This document shows, piece by piece, positions 61,901 to 64,000 of a stretch of DNA of 64,000 nucleotides. The DNA lies in the IMG/VR virus record IMGVR_UViG_3300030107_000800, positions 14,501 through 78,500 of that record; one strand, written 5' to 3'. This DNA is from a virus. The notes under the pieces are model-generated. The model saw nothing but the letters and a program-made list of their open reading frames with translations, ran no database searches and was not told the origin of the DNA. Position 1 is the first letter of the stretch; each line of letters begins with the position of its first letter. Made by a program: the position numbers and the translations under genes.

Positions 61901-64000
61901 ACTGGTAACCACTGACCACTAGCAGGGTCAGATGATCTAGGATATGCATGGTTGGTAGCATTATTATCCTTAGCACAACTAAATGTGATTGATCCATCAT
62001 CTAATTTAACTGCACCATTTGCTTTCTCAACACCACCAGCAGTTCCTGATTGGAATGTATGTGGAAAATCTCCAAGAGTTGTAGATCCAACATTAACCTC
62101 AAATGTATTCGTAGTTACATTTGAAATTGGTATCCACTTGTTGCTAACTGGGTCAGTTGATCTTGGATATGTTTTCTGTTGAGCACCACCGTCTTTAGTA
62201 CATGTGAATGATAAAGAATTATCTGCGATCCTTATCTGATCACCATTATTAAATCCATGATTACTAATAGTTAATACTAATGAACCTGATGATGGTGTAT
62301 ATGTTGCAGCAGTTACAGTTCCTGTAGTTGGAGCAGTAATACCATGACCAGCAACAGTTAGTTGCAATGCTCCTGTGGAAGGAGTATAAGTTGCATTTGT
62401 TGCTGTTATGTTAGAAGATCCAACACCAGTAATTGCTATTGCAGTATTAGCAGCAGGATCAGTTCCTGGACGTGGATATGACTGTGCTACACTATTACCA
62501 TCCTTAGTACATGTGAATGATAGTGAGTTATCTGCTAACTTAATGGAACTACCAGAATCTAAATTATGTGTTCCAACTGTGAGAACCATCTCACCACTTG
62601 CTTCATTATATACTGCATTAGAAACATCATAGTTAACTATAGGTGATGCACCAATATTAACAGTAAGTGTATCACTAGTAACTGAATTGATTGCTAACTT
62701 CTTATCATATGCAGGATCTGATACACGAGGATATTTCTTCTGTGATACATTATTATCCATTGCACATGTAAATGTCAATGAATCACTAGAAATCTTAAGT
62801 GTATCAAGTACAGTATAACCATGCCCTACAACTGTTAGAACTAAGTCACCTGTAGCAGGATCATATACTGCATTAGTTGGAGTATATGAAGCACTGATAG
62901 CATTAGCAGGGTCAATAGTAATAGTCTCATCTGTTACTGTTAACAGATTAGCGATTGCTTGCTTAGATAAATCTCTTGCCCTATTGAAAGCATAAACTGC
63001 TTCTCTTTCTTCACCAACTACACCATTTGCGATAGCATTTCCACTACCATCAAAGTATGTCTTTGTTGCTTCTATAATATTAGCGTTACCACCATCTCTT
63101 AAATCTTCTGAGATAGCATCAACAACATATCCAATGTCTCTCTTACACTTATCTTCAGCAGAAGAATGTGCAGGATATGTATCTACCGTCTTCTGCCATG
63201 CAGAATTAACAATCTCTTGACGGTTTGCCTGAATTAGATCACGAGCATCTGCATATCTATTTGCAGCAGGGTCTAGGCCAGGATTTACATAGGAAATATT
63301 TTTTAGATCTGGGTATTTCTCAAGAATGTATCCGAATACCTCTTCTTGGATCATGCGTCTGTTGCTTTCAATCAAGTTAGCAGCGTCAGCATATACATTA
63401 TTAATAGCATATCCACTTGGATTTAATATAGATCCTTTAGCGATATACTTAACAAAACCTGTTGGTTCTAGAGTTACATTAAAGAACTCATCACCAACAG
63501 CACCTTTCTCAAGTTTTACGTTTAATTTTTCATTTGTTTTAGCACCAAGTCTATATCCTGTAATTGTTGCAGCAGGACGAGTCAATGGGTCTATAATATC
63601 CTCACTACCTAAGAATAACTTAGTATAGTTGGTAGGATTTTGAATTGTTCCTTGAATATCAACAGTATAATATTGAATCTTCTCTACATTAGTAGCACTA
63701 TCTACAACCTGTTGAGGAGGAATAATATCAGTAATATATCCACCCTTATCTTGGTTAAAGGAGAATCCCTTATGACCAATAGCATGTAAGGATGTATTAC
63801 CAAAGTTACTGTTAGAGTTGGTGATACTCATATCACCACCACTTTCCATTAGGAAGTGATCAGCATAACCAACAGCGAAGATACTAACACACTGAATGAA
63901 TGCATCTTCTGAAGCACGAACGTGGAAGTTTCTCCAGTCATCCTTCCAATATGAATCACCCTTAGTATGGTAAGGTACTGTTGCAAATGCATCTGTTAAG
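46918..64000 (-). CDS. Giant virion structural protein / fibre (>5,690 aa, 5' end outside window)
   Basis: The frame stays open from 63849 to the window edge (LTDAFATVPYHTKGDSYWKDDWRNFH...); contains repeated beta and helical modules; C-terminus LPDNPQTGDMIRFVEL...GWWLMEL. Confidence 0.9.
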   Translation of the reverse strand, partial: LTDAFATVPYHTKGDSYWKDDWRNFHVRASEDAFIQCVSIFAVGYADHFLMESGGDMSITNSNSNFGNTSLHAIGHKGFSFNQDKGGYITDIIPPQQVVDSATNVEKIQYYTVDIQGTIQNPTNYTKLFLGSEDIIDPLTRPAATITGYRLGAKTNEKLNVKLEKGAVGDEFFNVTLEPTGFVKYIAKGSILNPSGYAINNVYADAANLIESNRRMIQEEVFGYILEKYPDLKNISYVNPGLDPAANRYADARDLIQANRQEIVNSAWQKTVDTYPAHSSAEDKCKRDIGYVVDAISEDLRDGGNANIIEATKTYFDGSGNAIANGVVGEEREAVYAFNRARDLSKQAIANLLTVTDETITIDPANAISASYTPTNAVYDPATGDLVLTVVGHGYTVLDTLKISSDSLTFTCAMDNNVSQKKYPRVSDPAYDKKLAINSVTSDTLTVNIGASPIVNYDVSNAVYNEASGEMVLTVGTHNLDSGSSIKLADNSLSFTCTKDGNSVAQSYPRPGTDPAANTAIAITGVGSSNITATNATYTPSTGALQLTVAGHGITAPTTGTVTAATYTPSSGSLVLTISNHGFNNGDQIRIADNSLSFTCTKDGGAQQKTYPRSTDPVSNKWIPISNVTTNTFEVNVGSTTLGDFPHTFQSGTAGGVEKANGAVKLDDGSITFSCAKDNNATNHAYPRSSDPASGQWLPVSNVSTNTFEVNIGVSSDVSAHTFVSAVSNGIKKQDGTITINVGAAASVGDQYAHTFVSATAGAVISGGAYAHTFVSAATNSVTIYADRITSSASRNKDARNLIIANKDYILDGAVAEVAVYHPDYYSPGDTQTNSQSRFGDAFRFIRRNSKEIKDKAIAQITMDHPDFYFPNDAETDDGSRFADAYRLIMQNKDWIVDRGLGNIAVQHPDFYHTGDAATTPSSRFADGYRLILQNKASIINTVWANTLTAYPNHVQYEDKCRRDTGIFIDAIALDVFMGGNRYARKFASSFGNSLSGEETEANYAFNQARDQMQLAASNQLAVQDLTLTSGPADYIAGGANVPNTDPAACADVRNAIATLTTIVTDVISAGNLSGLPAETSYVSELGEVKCRRDLEIFVESLALDLFIKGNEYTYRFAAEYFQNATTPITNGVEGEEAEANAAFAQAKEEMKKAVTNQLFVKDLTIVDKAPGSDYGENDEKRFTPTDASYNPTSGDLVLTIAGHGLTTGDCINIAENGLTFTCGMDGNASQKTYPTSASSNYEKYVQITTITADTITVNIGGAGADQQWTPSNATYDPATGDLVLTIGTHGLAVGEGIVIENDSLTFTCAMDGNSTNKTYPRAGIDEYSGKSATITAVDYTNGTITVNINAAGSNRDFTPTDGTYEPSTGILTLNIGQHGIGVGRSIVLKDNSLTFSCGFGGGGNGSYPRPGTDPYAGKSILITNVGATQHTVTNAAYTAATGALTLTIPTHGFSNGDYVKIADNSLTFTCDKDNNSSTHTYPRTSDAASGRWYAVSNVTANSFDVNVGAAGSFGQFNHTFVSATSNGVDRQDGWITMNVGVGTGSNNEAHTWVSASTDAVEFRPNTTHTFVTASNNAIKHLPQATHTFVRAATDSVIFGANTDNSINTQYNCADVQATIDTLGTIVTDIITAGNLNSLPKEINNGSGGVHESKCFRDIGIFIDAVATDLYTTGNKHTRAFAQQYFSDTTTPILNGFVGEQTQYTTALNAAVTQMRKAVTQSMYDKDLTITADNAPGSPYGQTQQQFTPSTATYDPATGDLVLTMNAHGLSVGNRVNIATGSLTFSCNYQGSVGQQSYPRSSDPVNGAYIEITAADANTITVNVGRAKFTNEVHTFVSASASAVTFAGNTSNQYNDALCSDVQSAIVTLGTIVTDAITNGTLAGMPVENAGTFLTGEAKCRRDMGIFVDAVAQDLWFGGNEFTIAATKEYFDGNTLLGNGVQGEVDPVITAFKRAADLMNRSLNNLYYVKDTTITLDQVGEPAIVSNMHADAHDLIRTNKEFIAREAYERMKVDFPSYTPSTGNTMQDCLDDIYDVLREVTWDVKFGGNSKTYDVAEGFITNEFGGVNYTTVIEDDRRDEIVRVYEYVSSIAIEVLNNLTVSVNGNNPLTQTKDLTIVEDWDLPANLPHCGSVVADVDTLIGILIQSLGTTTGGVGNLSGIVRTAAGYDAVTDHYNHTFVSATASGITIVSGGSLTATNATYTSQSGDLVITAASHGLSNGDKIIITNNSLTFTCDKDDNFSQHSYPRTTDPVSGKEIEVSGVTTDTFTVNVGAGGVGRVISSTSDPAYDTALPVSAVDATSITLNVGPSPDKSVHTFLSASTGAVVSGGNYPHTFSHAAKGALITGGAYAHTFVSATTGAVSSGGNYTHTFISAVNNGITANTGTQYTVTGAAYDPASGDISFTSVGHGLSTANTITIADGALTFSCDMDNDVSQHVYPRSTDPASGQSLAITSVTTDTFTVNVGSSPIVQFNVSSATYNPALGDLVLTIGAHSLAVGTSIKIADNSLTFSCEMDGNTDNKTYPRPGNDPIAGEAVTITAVTGTTITVDVGTTEQVKYDISDATYDAGLGRLILDIGTHNLMMTDGVKIANDSLFFSCGMDNNETVKSYPRSTDPIYNTAVDIDAVDKTFHTAGAGTAYDPATGVLTVGMANHGFNATTYDTVTNGSYDAAAGQLVLTIPNHTYRNGDRIRIADNSLTFECSAATGTHTFVSGVADAISSGASNFTAQAGTTYNPVSGDMQITLGTHSLTTANTIQIADGGITFTCDADNHATNHSYPRSTDPVSGTNIAITAVTATTITVNVGIANPTGNVKSYPRATDPVSGRWLSVTNVTANTIEVNVLLGIPSTNSSVHTFVSATANGIEKTNDSIKFADNSLTFTCLKDGNTVNKTYPRTSDPFYNEWLPISNVTQNSFDVFIGKGGPNAQYAHTFVSATSNGVWRQTGKIWINVGTTTNVEHTPTAADYNPTTGELVLTIGSHSLTVGESVKLGTESLIFTCATDNNATKHAYPRAATITHPSTYAFGNCSDVLATVDTLIGIVGDALKSGTLDTLPSLSSGEWDCANVRGTIETLYDIITDSITAGNISGLPTVNKGDFTLNSESSKCFRDIAFITDAVVNDLRLGGNINSVQAGESYFVGNNLDFIDAEKAETIDAYNYVGSVATAAMRNFDVLVFNCSTDQTAIVDVGDTRGIIIGMSVTEYDETGVSPYVNGALQPGATPIYTNIPEGTYVKRIVDNTKIELGVINSRLITGNTVNTLQTSSTTNLFFAFTKGAWADTLPQTDTSITQDTTTAPGSLQCASTAAAIDTLIGVCTTIINSGVGSVTRQEQTVNTALLASRATVFTIDTTGTGSSNAHDFETGTPVRLVPRPRFDTVTQKYVEVDKRLVRLPNGFSTNQIYYVIAPGRVTVPENYNGTTFFNGSDQTKLMLATSKENAAAGIYIYASETDAIDPDVEIDIYQFVLDDKYDLHTYKCELTNAVNAGIETDISNIFDKPSASTTPHRVFFRGIDGGDLPLVATTYVSGNNSAVADLATGRLNGKTEFYARYQNAKVFTIHETHADAITGANPITFQSGQTLSFNVFANKRRSPFQFEPGFTDNVTTTGKWYVQTKDEHTSSDNIFWRIHQNDYADRPKTTDMWYERLKDVREADERTYKLRYVIPKYLENARDPINGFVIKTRTDDTRKIIPQKILLKPVSGNQFGARFENPRQAGEYIGYTDTDFTSNNLNKDLAYDPYRKDLTGAGIDYRAFIRTTSGIQATIQGARYVADQLDNSINYLELTVYDHAVDIVNYPGLRNDKFTTVKITAPQGGDFITSKTQSITANQIEWTGNSSGLGNIHGYYSVGSDHYLILKNLRGGKLEFSEFTQTRFTQGSVFADMVEDQDFGKSLPLKTLIAKGYPEYYYKQDGANVYTITPGDTVTDSAGVQYYVESVTDAGIIDDTFYIFGYETLQKRIAGQQDGVYYLTCLRGNMSPFPTGAGAGGNFQRFKFSQPVSKLYPLNYRNDPLWFKNSGTTNEEKNLYANLIDPPQAFSAADNYTHGLVTVNDYKNSVTREGVEDLIKQPAFIENTYTGSNKIQAQLGNATSGSEDRLIPIAGNSTVLSDQRYYVELRRPSIARAGNHTFEYLGFGPGNYSTGLPARQEVVLTPEEDFYAQSKKQDGGIVFYTGINSQGDLYIGNRRINAITGEETFIDAATLQDDGDKDDVIGSLVTTFDTPVTFNQNITVVGGEGTLPNTFESPLIVSVQDNDLTQERHAVIVRSNVSSVDPVTQLEQDESLSRTAFTPPTKGDIQISKNRVNAAIFGFNARGNGQEYMFQTHTGGTGSLPSNMTPNNSDLVGNPGGTRLASEQYTMYGNVLPRPGDVLLKGKEVGRTGSLGWIYANYYEPIADTSIFTIEFINSGSLVKLTFKSSNTGLDITNDDLGITSGSQIRINDFYHNAGFNSIPFQVASPNGDAFSGTNNYVHFVAEGITLANETLNWNGDIIANVPGGQPNPTVEFSNSSFKEVGVLGSEALRTETDTIGDYKLGINTIARSAHSAYQKGFVSAETEPRANLDVVGTTFISGKTINSYLTETGTVKTETGSTSAFLVGGDSAAPTDSALFRVNTVDNRIGINVDNASLDSTFYVGGTSKFTDNAIFLQDVEVNGGGGANTADITTTITTGGFNLVNSAGFTGTLNIGQNATTIAIGDTTEADQFINIGRSSLHSNIRLGATPDNRASDGALTISLVDIGGAYDNNESLSATRIKTKVLKIDGDAELGSRRSGAGSIVKLSSTSQKVEFFSGNSATSILDFATNASEIKIAGQGGSTTIRNNLIVDATARFNADVTLCGGFASYSFSAKRAQAGSTAFAHASGVLGNNLFNSNVDLVDVLRVTSNNTLIDTYNQVDTSGSGAWGGATFQQEIPNVGGVPVIEPQTLPALTGNQYYLPIKNKPEDAGGNQYFNENDILLIDTDDSGGTLHPEFVKIVSLPRISTAPFYIVVERLPFGTWTTTRSDHPDTTPIYKCNVQYDATWITSAIDSGGVSEDVYLSQFGGDIDLGDYVIIDREDTTVPADGVDDQGELFKVETLLSQVAKSFYIKNGCDTAQEESVFSVDSTDGTLVTGGDANIGGSLNLTGTCTTPYIDADTNRKLKITNNQTVDIFKVDTCTGNTDVGNQHGTVFMLSEQFGSSPAGYSKDNDVVYVYRHNAQSTISGGPSSTTADNIVTATSNIEIQGNLTAFQKGDLVAIYVSGAGAAIEVIQITDDPYTGGGGELILPTATNAQYPSGGRGLEGTAAQAFSIGANVVKLDKYDRTTTLLHDVPATQGDRATALKARTPNTSDIRLEITLRDADLIAPKLDYITYVRIGTEWFIPDSVDGSNDISFAVKTPKQIRNPNTIGTPLVDLYGGGKLTVHDDVEIYSGNLRMYGSDGQTLVMSIANDDGHSGDGSLADAKTSTSGLTLHGGAQLGGDLKINYENCQAFGLCSDVTTFKVTNREGNVFLGEEYYQAGKVYETETASKTMFHIDNLGSAGVGGTEGAKDFRIYQNNAIDSFGIEKYWTGNGGRRHTYVAFDTATGVGQQIDNPLQVNNNYLVNSSSGSNIVLYLPDNPQTGDMIRFVELSGNLTYNTSLIIRAKKISGIATAIQGDSTGSKLDAGNGQSLATAWDSGELVIQTRNASFGLVFAGTVDIEGSANSRTIPPALRGWWLMEL

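Noticed and set aside
39674-63628. Short ORFs inside the fibre and giant genes (e.g. 40805..41218, 54620..54973, 63326..63628)
   Set aside because: Shadow ORFs arising from codon bias and Gly/Thr-rich repeats.
63847-63849. ATG given as the start of the 5,643-aa ORF
   Set aside because: The frame is open to the window edge, so the real start lies outside.
46918-64000. Diversity-generating retroelement or inteins explaining the repeats
   Set aside because: No reverse transcriptase, adenine-specific repeat pair or intein splice motifs were seen; the repeats are diverged at DNA level.

Overview
Segment of a T4-like marine cyanomyovirus genome (low GC, with host-like genes; most likely a Prochlorococcus/Synechococcus phage). 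Nearly all genes are on the minus strand. In transcription order (right to left) the window holds: a >5,690-aa virion structural protein whose 5' end lies beyond the window; three tail-collar/fibre genes and a fibre chaperone; a ~15-kb early/accessory region of small ORFs with ho1 and pyrE; PAAR and SET-domain genes; the baseplate cluster gp25-gp6-gp7-gp8; and a >2,380-aa VrlC/DUF4815-like protein running off the left edge. Main hunt results: (1) the giant structural protein and gp7 carry nine helical modules resembling phycobiliprotein globin domains, most with a KCxRD motif like the bilin-attachment site, in a phage that also encodes heme oxygenase; (2) these modules and a beta-rich module are nested in strict last-in-first-out order; (3) eleven early promoters share a palindrome at fixed spacing in two classes, one class with an extra HLR1/RpaB-like box; (4) a cluster of cyanobacterial-type DnaA boxes flanks an AT-rich tract; (5) structured RNA leaders follow several early promoters. 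All family calls come from motif recognition by eye; no searches were run.
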